Shown here one piece after another: positions 24,723 to 38,150 of a DNA stretch of 64,000 nucleotides; position 1 is the first letter of the stretch; each line of letters starts with the position of its first letter. The notes under the pieces are model-generated. The model saw only the letters and a program-made list of their open reading frames with translations, searched no databases and was not told the DNA's origin. Source of the DNA: Takakia lepidozioides (lineage: Eukaryota; Plantae; Bryophyta); contig CM060734.1 in assembly GCA_030704615.1 (NCBI GenBank), positions 21,328,001 to 21,392,000 on the forward strand. The letters are read 5' to 3'. Both the position numbers and the translations under genes were made by a program.

Positions 24723-27657
24723 CTGTATAGAAGGCGCATTGCTGCTTTGTCCGCGTTCGGCTGATCGGTGAACTCATGACTCCTCCGGGCATGCGGCATC
24801 TCTCGATAGAATAGGTCGGTTTTGAATAGCAGAAAGTACCTCGTCACATAGTCGGTGAGGCTCTCTGCTCCTGCCGCTATCTTCAGCTTGAACTGGTGGG
24901 CTTGGGTGTCCAGCTGCTCTTGCGCATTTGTGGTGACCTGCGGACAGTCCCCATCAGTCAGCATTCTTCAAGAAATGCCGGAAATCTACATGATACAAGA
25001 GGGGAAGCACCAAAAAACCTCGAAAACAACCTGAAACCACCATGTCATGCGGTTCAGCCAGAGGTCGAATGTGGGGTCGGACAGTTTGTCAGGTTTTGGG
25101 AAGCTCCACATGTCCCGAAAACTCTGAGACCCATTCTAGATTTGGAGCCACCGGGTCCGTCGAACCAACGTGGATAGTAGTAAGCGAAATAAAGTAAGGG
25201 AACACATTGTTGCATGAAGAGTCCAAGTTGGTTTAGAATGATTAACCTTCTCAGTTGCATCCACACACGCTATGGCTAAACGATGTAGTTTCTCGATTGT
25301 CATTGTTGGCTTAAGAGCCCGTGAGTAGTGTTTCCCCACCTCCACAAGAAAGTCGTCACCAAGTGCAGGATCAACAATGACCACGTACTTCACCATCCAA
25401 GACTTGTACTTGAGGCGCGCCTTTGCCTCGGCAGCGCTGACATATGATTCGAGTGCACCCAAGGTCAGTTTCTTCTCCTCTGACTCCATGTAGAACCTCC
25501 TTGCATGTGCCAAATCTTGGTCAATTCTGGTCTGTCAGCAAAGCACATAGCAATTACAAAGCATGGTCTTCTAATTCCACAGCAAAAAATCGAGAAATGA
25601 GGAAATGAAGAGAGCAGAACGCAATACCCGAAAGATATAGTCGACCATGGCGTCCATGCTCAGCCTGTACCATGTTCTGTCAGCCTTTGCATGAGACTTC
25701 GACAAGAGATCGCACTAAGGGAATTGGCAAAGTTAGACACCGGCTGCCTCCCCACATCCTTCACTCGGAAGAGCATGTGGGACAAGTTGGTGGCAATGAA
25801 GGTAGTCTCCGTGACACTGCAATGCCACAGTTGCAATATGTGAGGGGCTTGCCGCCAAAATGACTATGAAATTGCAAGTTCCAGTGCAAGGAGCATTTGA
25901 ACTTACGTGTTTATGTCCGCGATAGCAGCCTTGAGAAGACTGCGATCCGCCGTACCTGCCACCTTCAGCACAACACACTCCAAGGCGTAAGTTCGTCGGG
26001 GTGTACTTGGGCTATGTGCTCCATCCATGCGGCAAGCCGATGGTTCCTGTCCCATACGAAGAACATTTTTCTGGACAAGTGCTGGAAAAGAGGATCGTTA
26101 ACAATCAATTTCTCAAACTCGCCGTTTCGGGTTTGCCAATGGGGGCCCCACTTTGCGAAATCGTCGGAAGTGTATACACGAGAAGTTCCGTGATTGTTCT
26201 CAATGGAGACATAAAACGAGGCAGACCCCATACGATATCCATCCCGAAAAGAGAATTTGAGCTTGTCGATATCACCGAAAAAGGCAGGTCTGACCACCTG
26301 CATCAATACCATGCGGCAAAGCGGAATCCGCAGCTTTGCTCGGTAGACCATGCCTCCCAGTACCTTGCCAATGTTGATGTGGGTTGCCTCCAACAACCTG
26401 GCAGCGGCCAACTTCATATCCGCCTCCGACATGACGTCTGCTGCAGGGGGGTTCTCTGGAAGCCCACCAGAACCACCAAATCCAGCCTATATGCTCCGGC
26501 TTTGGGCCCTGGGGATCTCCGGGAGGATGTCATCTTGGTCAGAAAGGTCCCTCTCCTCCTTATATCCGACATGTACCAACGGAAGCTCAACAGTGCCTTG
26601 CAATGTGGCACTTGCCTCTTCCCCTCCACCTGCCCCATACCCCGGTGTGTGTGGTGTTTTCTCCTCTCCCTCTGCCGGTTTCTTAATGGCTCAGTTTGGT
26701 TCAGGTGTCATGGTACCTCTCTCGCTTGTCAGTGCTTGTGTCATTGCCTCTTCCATGGTCTTTTCAGTGGCCTTCTCTCTTGCCTCATCCTTGGCCTTCT
26801 CTCTGCCCTGTTCTCTTGCCCTGTCTTTTGCCCTCTCTCGGGCCTTTTGTTTCTTAGATGGCGTGGCTGTAGGTGAGGCCTCCAGGTCCACCACCTTTGA
26901 CCCCGGGGAAGTCAAGAGGTGTTTGGTGGGTGTTCTGTTCACTCCCCTTTCAGCAATGTGTGCGTGCTCTTTGGCTGGGGATTGCATGTGCTTCCCCTTT
27001 TTTTTCTTCTTCGTGTGGGCGGGCCCCCCTACCTGTGCATCGACCTCATGGATGGGCGGATCTGCCGCCTGTTTCTGTCGCCCTGCACTTGCCATGCCAA
27101 CTGCTGTAGAGGCAATCTCCCGAATGCCTATTCGGGTGTACTCCCGCTCCAGCGCCTCTCTTCCACCAACAAAAGGAACTAGTTTTGGATTGGCCTCCAA
27201 CGCCCACGTAGGCGACCCGAGAATGTGAATACTAGTGTCCGCAGACTGCTATCGATGACTGTCAGACTGCGGTCGATGGGTTGGAGTCACCGCTCGTCGA
27301 CTTGGAGCAGTCGAGGATACCACCACCGTGTCTCGATCGTCTTCACTCTGTCATCCCCAACACGGGCGGCACTATCCAAATCAAATCAACAGTCGTGACA
27401 GGCAGAGTAGGGATAAGCATGAAAGCAAAAACAACTATGTTCCTACAGATAAGCATGAAAGCAAATACAAGTAATCGCCAACAATCATTTGCAATCGCAC
27501 ATGCAGAAGCACAGAGAAAAGTCCGTGCGCGAAGAAGAGGACGACACATCTACAAAAAGTGGAAGAAACATGCATTCACCTCAGAGTGCTCGGCTTCAGT
27601 TGGCGCGGGCTGCGAGCAAGACAAGGGTATCTCCTGCTGTAGCTTCAGTCTGGCCAT
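24723..27657 (-). pseudogene. Cargo gene copy A: low-complexity N-terminus, ParB/Srx-like domain, helical middle region; 3' part missing
   Basis: ORF 25965-26432: RIPLCRMVLMQVVRP..DIDKLKFSFRDGY..MFFVWDRNHRLAAW (DGxHR-like motif; AGG is one transition from GGG); multi-exon; collinear with copy B. Confidence 0.7.
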
Positions 27658-27989
27658 GCGAGACGTTGGTCGCGGCCCGTAGTACAAAGGTTTCAGTTTG
27701 CGCCGCGGCCTCGATGGGGGGTTTCTCTGAGGAGAGCCTCGCCCTTCTCCACGCGGCATAAGTCCGACTAACAGTAAAATCGAACGCATAATGCGTTGAT
27801 GCATTCGGGGAAATGAACTTCATCCACACGTCACATCAGTGGCTCCAGGCGTAGCCGGGAAGCTAGCATGGAATCCGTGCGGACGATCCGGGTTCAAAAA
27901 GGAAGATGGCGGATCATAAATGCGGGCCGCCGGGATTAACTGTGGCAGGTTGCGAGCTCGTCCAGGGCAACACCTGTCCGAGTCATACC

Positions 27990-28613
27990 TCGACAGGACT
28001 TCATCCGCCTGAAAAAAAGCACCATATTTCCATTCGGGGTGATGAACTTTGGAAGGCACGTGGAGCCCACTCCGCCCGAGACGACTTCATCACTGACCCC
28101 TCGGATGGAAATTCAGCGCCATATTTCCATCCGGGGGATGAAGTCTGGCACCATCGAGAGGACCCATCTAGGCCCTCGAGGACTTCTTCCCCGCCCCCTC
28201 GGATGGAAATATGGCACCGAATTTCCATCCGGGGAATGAAATCTTGCAACCACATGCACCCATGTCGCCCCCCCAGGATGGAAATACGGCGCCAAATTTG
28301 CATCGGGGGATGAACTCTGGCAGCCATGTGGACCCATCTCGGCCCACCAGGACTTCATCCTTGGTCCCTAGGATGGAAATACGGCGCCAAATTTCCATCG
28401 GGGGGATGAACTCTGTCAGCCATGTGGACCCATCTCGGCCCACCAGGACTTCATCCTTGGCCCCTAGGATGGAAATACGGCGCCGAATTTCCATTGGGGG
28501 GGATGAACTCTGTCAGCCATGTGGACCCATCTCGGCCCACCAGGACTTCATCCCTGGCCCCTAGGATGGAAATATGGCGCCGAATTTCCATCGGCGGGAT
28601 GAACTCTGGCAGC
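27990..28613. repeat. Upstream array (~80-bp unit) with GGATGGAAAT.CGGCGCCGAATTTCCATC palindrome; resumes at 53836-54042 beyond Gypsy-1
   Basis: Units ggatggaaatacggcgccgaatttccatcgggggatgaactctg.cagccatgtggacccatctcggcccaccaggacttcatcc; same unit type follows the right TSD. Confidence 0.9.
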
Positions 28614-31600
28614 CAACTTGTCGCGCACCTCACTTCGGTAAGCTCCGCGCGCGCCTGACTCCCAACCTGGCCGCCTGGCCAACTTGGAGCTTTGGCTGTT
28701 CACCTGGGCATAACGGTCCCCCCCCTTTGTTCTCCCAAAGAACCCTCCACCGATTTGGAACCAGCGGGAATTCCCTTTGGTAGTTGGCAGTCCGGAACAG
28801 CTCCCCACTCTTTGGTCGTTTTCCGGCTCGCTCGCTTACTCACTAGTTTTTGGTCACCAATGGGCTTGCACCGTTCTCGGGGTTACTACTCCCTATATAT
28901 ACTTCTGTAGCTGTCCGCGGGGGTTTCACAACCAGCCATGCCATTTTATGGCGAACCACCACGAAAACCCTCGACTCCCGGTGATGAGTCGCGGTGAGTC
29001 TTGGCCCACTCACCACGACCCCTATGGACCGTGATGAGTCCCAAGACTCCCCACGACTCCCACCACGAGGTCTCCGCCCCCATGGTGAGTCCTATGCCAC
29101 CCCCACTAAGTCCCGCTAAGCTACCACCACCCCTTGTGGAGCCACCCCCACCGCAACCCGGTGTGCGGGGCTCCACCTAGTGAGCGCCTCCGCCTCCTTG
29201 AGTGCCTTGGGCATTCAAGGGTGTTTCAGCCCCCCCCCATACCTATCGCTGCCGCTGTTCCCACCACAGGGGTAGCCCCTCATGTGTCCCGACCCCTGCC
29301 ATCAAGGCAAAGGGCCGCGACACACACCCCTACCAACAGGGAGTTGATGTCCTCATCGACTTGTCCATTTTGTAGAAACGAACATCCAAGTTGTGGCGTC
29401 CCACATCAAGGAGTTTGTTTCCGTACCATGGCGTCCCATGGCAAAGAACCAAACCCCACACTTGACTCTACTCTCTACTAGCTAGTTCAGCCGACTTCCT
29501 CCAAGTCCCGGCCAAGGGTGGAGCCTCTCCAGCTCCTCCCAGTGCACTCTTCTTGGCCCACTTCAAGGCCAAGGAACGATCCTCCCCGATGATTGAATCG
29601 CCTTACTGCAACAACATTGCTTGCGACCGCTCATGATGCCGCTTTTGGCATCACCTTGAGCAAGGGTTCCCTGAAACCCTCTTTGACTAGGAAGATAAAC
29701 CTTGAACCAACCGTGCGCCCCAATCACTACAATTGGGTCCGCCTTGGAATGCTGGCCTGAGGTACGGGAACACGCCGAAGCCGCACTACGACTTCGTCCC
29801 GAGGCTACACGATTATAGTACGTGAACGGAAGCACGTAGCTTCCACGTTAGCCCGCACTACAAGGCAACCCCCTCGGTAGCGCAGTTATAGTACGCGCAC
29901 GCGCCAGGTGCGCACTAGCACGTGAACTCCTAAAGAAGGCGCAAGTTTTCCTTGCCCCTTGGATGGGGGTCACCCGATTTCGGCACTACGCAAACACACG
30001 ATTAACCCAATTTACCTCTCCCACTTTTATAAGCTAGCATGCATTCTACACACTAGCCAACCATACCATGCATCACCATTCCAAACAAAATAGGACGCAC
30101 AACATTTGGAAGCCATTTCATTTATAGCACGTTTTGTACAATACAAGTTTTTGCAATCGGATTCCTAAGCTAGCTAAGCCGGGCTAAGCATGCATTTCCT
30201 CCCCCACGCTCCAAAGTTGATGTCCCCATCAACGCTTCTTCCGCTTTTGAGGTCGCCCTTCGAAAGCTGCAACTGCCTCGGATGCGTTTCCCATTTCTGA
30301 GGCACGCACCCAAGATGCCTCCACATGATGATAGCCCTTCCATTTGACGAGATACTCCGTTTCTCGGTTCTTGAACCTCCTCGACTTAAGTATTGCCTCC
30401 ACCTCGTACTCAGGTTCATTTTCATGATCCAACAGCATAGGTGGCGGACGCAACACTTGATGCCGATTCGGACGCGCTTCATCTTTGAAGTAAGGCTTCA
30501 AAAAGGAGACATGGAATACTGGGTGCACCTTGCTGTTTGCCGGCAGCTCCAATTCATACACATCCTCATTCATAACCTTCCGAATGCGAAAGGGGCCCGC
30601 ATACGGAGGTACGAACTTCGGACTCACTTCTGGAGGTAGTCGGAAATTCTTGATGTTCAACCAGACCTCCGTGCCTGCCTCAAACTTCACTTCCCTCTGC
30701 TTCCAATTCGCCTGCCTGCCTTTCATACCGTTTCCTAGCTTTGGCAATGTTGTACTTTGCGAGCTTCAACAAACGCTCGCGTTCTTCCAGTACCGCCGCG
30801 CCGGTTCCTCAAAGTCCTGGGCGGCCCAACTTGTCGGCACCAGAGGTGCTTTTCCATAGACCAATACGAAAGGGGAAACTCCCGTTGCGGAGTGTTCTGT
30901 GTTATTATAACAGAACTCTGCCGCGTCTAAGTGTTCCACCCAGTCTGTTTGGTCTGCCGACACGTAATTCCGCAAGATCTGCTTCACTACGGAATTCACT
31001 CTTTTTATTTGGCCGTTGGTCGTAGGTCGGAAGGCGGTGCTCATCTTCAACCTCGTCCCCATCTTCTTCCAAAGTGCCCTCCAAAATTTACTCGTAAACT
31101 TTGGATCGCGGTCTGAGACAATATCCTTTGGGACTCCATGATGCTTTAAGACGTGGGCGAAGTAAAGTCGTCTTGTCTCCTGCGCCGTTGCCGTCTCCTT
31201 GGTGGGGATGAAATGGTCCATTTTACTGAACCTATCCACCACCACCATGATTGCATCGAATCCTTTTGACAGCGGCATAGCAGTCATGAAATCCATCGAG
31301 ACGCTTTCCCAAGTCCCCTCTGGGATCGGCAAGGGTTATAACAGCCCCGCTTGCTTTTTGTACTCGCTCCGGTTTTGTTGGCATGTGGTGCATGTCTTGA
31401 CATACTCCTCTGCCTCCTCCCTCAATTTGGGCCAGAAATACTCTTTCTTCAAGAGTGCCGCAGTGCGCTTGGCTCCGCCGTGGCCCGCAAGCGGGCTATC
31501 ATGGCATTCTCTCAAGAGGCTATCTCTGATCCCTCCCTTCGGCACGTAGAGACGCTTTTGCTTATACCGGAGCAGTCCATTTTGCAAGTGGAACTGCGAT

Positions 31601-34600
31601 TTAACCCCCATCCTCAAGTCCTGCATCACGGACTTCGCCAGTTCTCCTTCCGGCAAGCCTTCCGGATCTTCCTTTGGAGCGCCGTCTTGCCCTTGTACAC
31701 AACAAGAGCTGCTGCTTTCTACTTAAAGCATCGGCCACCACGTTGTCTCGTCCCGGTTTGTACTGGATATCCACGTCGAACACCGCCAAAGAATCTTGCC
31801 ACCTAAGTTGTTTTGGGGACAACTTGGGCTGCGTGGCAAAATACTTCACCGTGACATTGTCCGTAAACACCTTCACTGGGTTGAACCAACATAGTGGCGC
31901 CAAAGCTCAAGACAGTGCACCACCGCCTTCATCTCTTTCTCGTGCGTCGGCCACCGTCGCTCCACTTCATTCAGTTTCTTACTTTCGTAAGCCACTGGAC
32001 GTCCATCTTGCATCAGTACACCCCCAATCGCGAAGTCCGAGGCATCTGTATGTATCTCGAACGGACGATCGAACTCTGGGATTTTCAAGACTGGAGCTTC
32101 CGCCAACCGCTGCTTCAATTCAGCAAAAGCTTGGCCACAAAAGTTGTTCCATGCCCAGACTTTAGATTTACACAGAAGTCTGACAGCGGCCCCCCGCAAT
32201 CTTGGCGAAATTTTCTCACATACTTCCGGTAATAGGAGGCGAGTCCTAGGAAGGATCCCGGACGAAGTCGGAGGCTCCCAGTCCAAGATCGCCCTCACCT
32301 TTCTGTCATCCATTTTGATCCCATCCTGTGTAATCACATGCCCCAGGAACTCCACTTTCGTGACCCCAAATTCGCACTTTGAAACTTTGGCGTACAGCTC
32401 TCTTCGCAACTTTTGGAACACCCTTTGAGGTGCTCCAGGTGCTCCTCCTTTGATTTTGAGTACACCAAGATGTCGTCGATGTACACGATCACAAAGTCAT
32501 CCAACCACTCCTGAAAAAGACTGTTCATCAGCGTGCTAAAGGTCGCAGGTTCATTGGTGAGCCCAAAAGGCATCACCAAGAACTCATATGAACCATACCT
32601 TGTGGCCATCTATGACCGCTCCGGATTTGCTCAAAAAGTTCATCCCCAAAATGAGATCCACTCCATCGATCTCACAGATGGTGAAGTTCTCACGTCCCTC
32701 CCAACTCCCCAGTTGAAGAGGAACATCAAACGCCAACCTTGTCGCCAACGTGTTTCTTCCTTGGCAGAACGCACCTCAATAGAGGCCCCCACGTCACTTG
32801 TCGGGAGTCCCAACTTTCGCGCCGCCACCGGCGTCATGAAGGAGTGCGACGCTCCTGTGTCCACCAACAACGACACGTTAGTTCCGGATATTATCCCATC
32901 CACGAACAATAACTGACTCCCTTTACGCAGGGCGCCAGTTTCCTAATACAACTCACAAGAATAGTTGCCTACCTTGCAAGTCCTGGCGACCACCGCTTCC
33001 ACCAAGCGACTGATGGTATCTTCCGACAGCTCCGTGGTTGCCCGAGTCATGTTCAATTGTCGAGGTTTCGTGCACTTCTTGGCCATGTGCCCGGGCTCTC
33101 CGCAATTGAAACACACTCCATCAAAGGTCGCCTTCTGTCCGCCATAAGCCGCTCCACCCGCTTTTCTTTTCGAAGCACCGGGTGCCGCCTTGACGTGTGA
33201 AGGCCATCCCTTTGATTTCCACATGCCATTGTCGCCGCGTGGCCTATCCCACTTCTTTTCCGGTCGGAAGGAGTCACCTTCCCGCCGGGTCTTCTTATGG
33301 TTCAGCTCCGTACGGCCTTGTCTCTCACCCCTAGGGACATCCGAGAAACATTCAGCCCTCTCAATTGCCTCGTTCAAAGTCTTGGGTGGCTTCTCCTCCA
33401 ACTTCCGCCTGGCCCATGGGGCCAATCCCGCCACAAAGTTGAAGACCATTTCTGGTTCTGCCATGTCCGCGACTTCGAGCAACAGCACATTGAAAGCCTG
33501 GACATACCCCCGAATGTCATCTGTTTGCTCAAATTCCTCATCTTGTCCCGGGCAAGCCAGGACGCGTTGAGGGGCACAAACTGTCTCTTCATCAATTCCT
33601 TAAACCCACTCCAGTTCAAGGTTTCCGGGCTTGGACCTCGGTCGTGAAGGCGTTTCTGCCACCATTGTTGAGCATAGCCCCTCAAATAGGTGGGAGCTAC
33701 TTCCACCCGATCCTCGTCACTCAACTTGGCCGCCCGGAAGTACTGCTCTAGCACCAGGAGCCAGGTGTTGAGTGCCTTCCGATTTCGGACGCCCTCGAAG
33801 GTGTCGGGTTCCTTAGGCTTCACCTTAAACTTTGCCTACCGGCAAGTGGCATTAGCCGCCTTCAACACGTCTTTCAACGTCCCGCCAAACTGCGCCAACA
33901 ACCCTTCCCAAAAGGCTGCCGGCATGGGAGGCATCTCTTGGTTTGTCGGAGCTCTCAAGGATTCCTCGGGCTCGGATTCCTCCCGCTCTTGAGCGGCCTC
34001 ATTTTCGGAAACATGCATCGCTTCCTCAAACGGCCGTCTCCGTGACACATCGCCCCCATCGGGCTCACCAGGATCATCATCTTTTGGGCCGTTCCGCTTT
34101 CGCTTCGCTTCGGCTTGCCCGACCCCATGATGAGGCCAATCCCAAGGACGATCGCGTACTGAACTCTAGGCTCTGATACCAAGTGTCGCACACCTCACTT
34201 CGGTAAGCTCCCCCTCAAGTCATAGTTACTCGCTTGATGCGCGCGCCTGACTCCCAACCTGGCCGCTTGGCCAACTTGGAGCTTCGGCTGTTCACCGGGG
34301 CATAACGGTCCCCCCCCTTTGTTCTCCCAAAGAACCCTCCACCAATTTGGAATCAGCGGGAATTCCCTTTGGTAGTTGGCAGTCCGGAACAGCTCCCCAC
34401 TCTTTGGTCGCTTTCCGGCTCGCTCGCTTACTCACTAGTTTTTGGTCACCAACGGGCTTGCACCGTTCTCGGGGTTACTACTCCCTATATATACTTCTGT
34501 AGCTGTCCGCGGGGGTTTCACAACCAGCCATGCCATTTTATGGCGAACCACCACGAAAACCCTCGACTCCCGGTGATGAGTCGCGGTGAGTCTTGGCCCA

Positions 34601-35639
34601 CTCACCACGACCCCTATGGACCGTGATGAGTCCCAAGACTCCCCACGACTCCCACCACGAGGTCTCCGCCCCCACGGTGAGTCCTATGCCACCCCCACTA
34701 AGGGGGGCTGCTATTTCATGAGCGGCATGAACATGAGCGGCATGAGCATGAGCGGGAAAAAAAAAAGCATGAGCAGACCATTGTGAGTCCACGGAAATAG
34801 GGTTAGGAGGCACGGAAATAGGGTCATGTGAAGTTGGAATGTGGCACCAGTGGACTTGAAATGCAACATTTTATTGCAAATTTTGTGGCAAGCCACGTCT
34901 ATACAAGTGTGTTCTAACTGTCATAGCCGGAATGGGCACTACTCTCCTACACCCTCCGAGGAACTTGCCCCACCTTCTTCTCATCCCCCTCATCCCCCTC
35001 ATCCTCCGAGCTCTGTGATGCATCAGTTCCACTATGCCTCTCAAAAATCCCGTCCTCTCCTTGGGGGACTGTCCACCTCACCTCCTGGGAATCTTCTGCG
35101 TCTTCTCCCCCACTTTCCTCAGCAGAATCCAACACAAATCTACGAGCCCGACGGGCTCTAATAGCTGCTGCCTCCTCCCTCATCTTCATTTTCTTGAGGC
35201 TTGCCTCGTCTAAAATCTGCTGTACACGACTACGTTCGGAACACCTCCTAATGGACACCGAAGCAAGCCGGGTAGCATAAGTAGGAAGGATGTACTCCCT
35301 TTCTGGACTAGGCATGAAATCCCCCTGGCAAAAAAAGGCACGTTCCTCCTGCCCATGAACTCCGGTGTAGACGTCCCTCCGGCAGTACTTGGCATCCTAC
35401 AGTAAGAACAAATCCACTTGAAGAATGTCAATACCAGCACAACCAGAAAGGGTTTTCAATGAAATAAGAGAGCGGAGGGAGGTGCCTCACAAAATCTGGA
35501 GGCAACTTACAATGCCACCACTCACTCGTAAACCGGGGGCTCCTCGGCCTCGATCCCAACTTCCTCCCCCTGCTCCTCCTTCTCGGATTTTTCCTCATCC
35601 TCCGAGGATGCCTCTTCCTCTTTCGGCAGACGTTCAGCC

Positions 35640-36445
35640 GCTGCAAGTTCCGAGTTGTGGAGGGCAGTATCTGGCTCGAAGGCGAACACATGCCTGTCGG
35701 ACAACGTCCCTGCCCACATTGAAGCACCTGAGGAACAAAGCGGGCGGTTAATAGCTTGCGGCATGCAATTGCAATGGGGCCAGGGGACAAACTGAGCACG
35801 TGAAGGCTTACCCGTGCCGCATGTGAGGTCCAGAATCCGCCCTTGGACATCCGAGCACGTCTCCATGAGGGTTTGGATGAAAGCAGGGCTCCGGGTCCGG
35901 CTGTACCGCCACGGTTTTGCCTGTCTTTGTGTCCTTCGGCATACTAGAGTGGGGCACATAGTTGTAGAGGACATCGTAGGTTACAGGGTCCACAGCGGCA
36001 TCAACAAGACGACCGTCGTTGCGGAATTTGAACGTAGACCCTCTCTTCACAAAGCAATATGCCTCAAACACCAATGTCTGCACATCCAACAAAGAAGGGA
36101 TCAATTCCAGGGTCTACTTAACATACACCACAATATGAAGTGAATGCAATAGATTGATAACTTACACTTTGGCCCTCTGTTCGCAACCCCTGCGTACTGA
36201 TGCAGAACCATTTTCTGAGGAGGACCGGGGTGACACTTTTCGGTGTCCACCTTGCCACCGCATTCTCTGTGGTCTTCCCTCTCGTGGCAAGGACAACCAC
36301 ACATCCACCGTCATCCAGAAGCATCCCCGCCAGCCCAAACCCGGCTTTCCAGTAGTCCTCAGTAAACCTGTTCCAGGTGGGCACACCATCCAGGCCCTCC
36401 AGCAGCTCCCCATCTGGAATGTCGAGGAGAATCATGTCGCAAGCT
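35640..36445 (-). CDS. Beta-class amino (N6-adenine/N4-cytosine) DNA methyltransferase-like domain, three exons
   Basis: Spliced: CDMILLDIPDG (motif IV-like)..GMLLDDGGCVVVL..RKWF..FEAYCFVKRG..RSPAFIQTLMETCSDVQGRILDLTCGTGASMWAGTLSDRHVFAFEPD (motifs X, I, II); order IV before I; one frameshift near 35900. Confidence 0.75.
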
Positions 36446-37329
36446 CTCTCCACCTCAACCCCCCCCCCCCCCCCCGAGTGCTCTTGCAATTCGTGCTCAC
36501 AGCCGTGAAGAATTCCATCATGGCTTCAAAACCAGGGGTGTCTTTAGGCTCTGTACCGGCAGCCCTCTTCTTGGCTTTCCCCTTCTGCTCCGCCAGAGAC
36601 TTGTTGTGTGCCACCTTCTTCGCCCTGGCAGCGAGAGCGTCAAGGAAGCTCTCATTGACGCATTGGATGATGGTTGGAGGTTCTAGCTTTGGCCTGTGCG
36701 TAAACGTCACCGCCGAATACCGCCGTGTAGGCTCGCCCTCAAATGCCAACTTCTTGGCAGAGCCAGTCCCACTCCGAACTGACTTGGGAACCCGGACGAC
36801 CGGTGACTGGGTAGGAGCAACAGCAGTCGCAGGACCTTGAACAAAATCGGCGTCGGAGTCACTCTCTTGGGTCCCCTCCTGCGCCTCCTCCGATGCCCCG
36901 ATGGTTTTCTTCTTTTTTTTGGGTGTTACTGCAGTCACCTGTTTCCTTGTCCTTTTCCTTTGACCTTTACTCTTTTCATGCAATTTCTCTTGAATTCCTG
37001 CCTGAGCAAGCTCTGCCGCTTTCCTGGAGTTCGCAAGCGCTTTTGCCTCTTTTGCACCCAACGGAGGCAGCGGAGCCCGGTTTCGTCGGAATTCAGCATC
37101 CAGCTTCAATTGAAACTCGGATGGGTCGAGCGAGCCGGGCGGAAGGTCCACATACCAAGGGCAATCACGCAAATGTTCCAGATGCCACTCCTTCACAATA
37201 TCGTCAGTGTACATGGAGTCAGCCCCAGGGTTCCTCCATGCCAGGAAGAATGGTGGCTCGAAAGACAGATGACCTTTCTCCAAAAGGGAGAACTTACAGT
37301 ACCTGCATTCATGAAAAACACAATGAGGT

Positions 37330-38150
37330 CCGAAAATGGCTAAGTCCCTGAACGGCAATAGGGCCTACAACTGGAATATGGCGCCGAATTTCCACTTCAG
37401 GGCCAGCCAGTCTAGGGACTTAGCCCGAAAAATTACGGCCTTAAAGTTCATGGGAACTAGCCCGAAAATGGCTAAGTCCCGGACGGCAATAGGGCTAGAA
37501 CTGGAAAACGGCGCCGAATTTCCAGTTCCGGGCCAGCCACCCTAGGGACTTAGCCCGAAAAATGGCTAGTCCTGGACGGCAATAGGGCCAGAACTGGAAA
37601 ACGGCGCCGAATTTCCAGTTCCGGGCCAGCCCTAGGGACTTAGCCCGAAAATGGCTAAGTCCCTGGACGCAATCCTGGCTGAACAGCCCCCGAAAATGGC
37701 TAAGTCCTGGACGGCAATGGGCCTGGAAAAATGGCGCCGAATTTCCACTTCAGGGCCAGCCAGTCTAGGACTTAGCCCGAAAATGGCTAAGTCCCTGAAC
37801 GGCAATAGGGCCTGGAACTGGAAAGGGCGCCGAATTTCCAGTTCAGGCCAGCCCTAGGGACTAGCCCGAAAATGGCTAAGTCCCCGGCAATAGGGCCTAG
37901 AACTGGAAAACGGCGCGAATTTCAGTTGCGGGCCAGCCACACTAGGGACTTAGGCCACGGCTAAGTCCCTGACGGCAAGGGAAATTCGGCCGCCGAATTT
38001 TCACTTCAGGCCAGCAAGGACCGAAAATGGCTAAGTCCTGACGGCAATAGGGCCTGGAACTGGAAAATGGCGCCGAATTCCAGTTCGGGCCAGCCAGTCT
38101 AGGGACTTAGCCATTTTGGAGCCCTGACTGGAAATTCGGCGCCATTTCCC
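37330..38150. repeat. Intronic array (~85-90-bp unit) in cargo gene copy B
   Basis: aaaatggctaagtccc.g.acggcaatagggcc..aactggaaaa.ggcgccgaatttccagtt..gggccagcc.tagggacttagcccg repeated about 9 times. Confidence 0.92.

Noticed and set aside
26001-27228. Long plus-strand ORFs of 291 and 292 aa
   Set aside because: Antisense shadows of the GC-rich minus-strand cargo gene; no motifs. The same applies to plus-strand ORFs over the Gypsy copies.
34586-34896. MSGMNMSGMS-type ORFs (also 53356-53684)
   Set aside because: Products of the ATGAGCGGC subterminal repeats of the TIRs.
35640-36445. Bacterial or phage contamination as source of the methyltransferase
   Set aside because: The domain is split by in-phase GT-AG introns and lies inside a TSD-bounded element nested in a plant-type retrotransposon.
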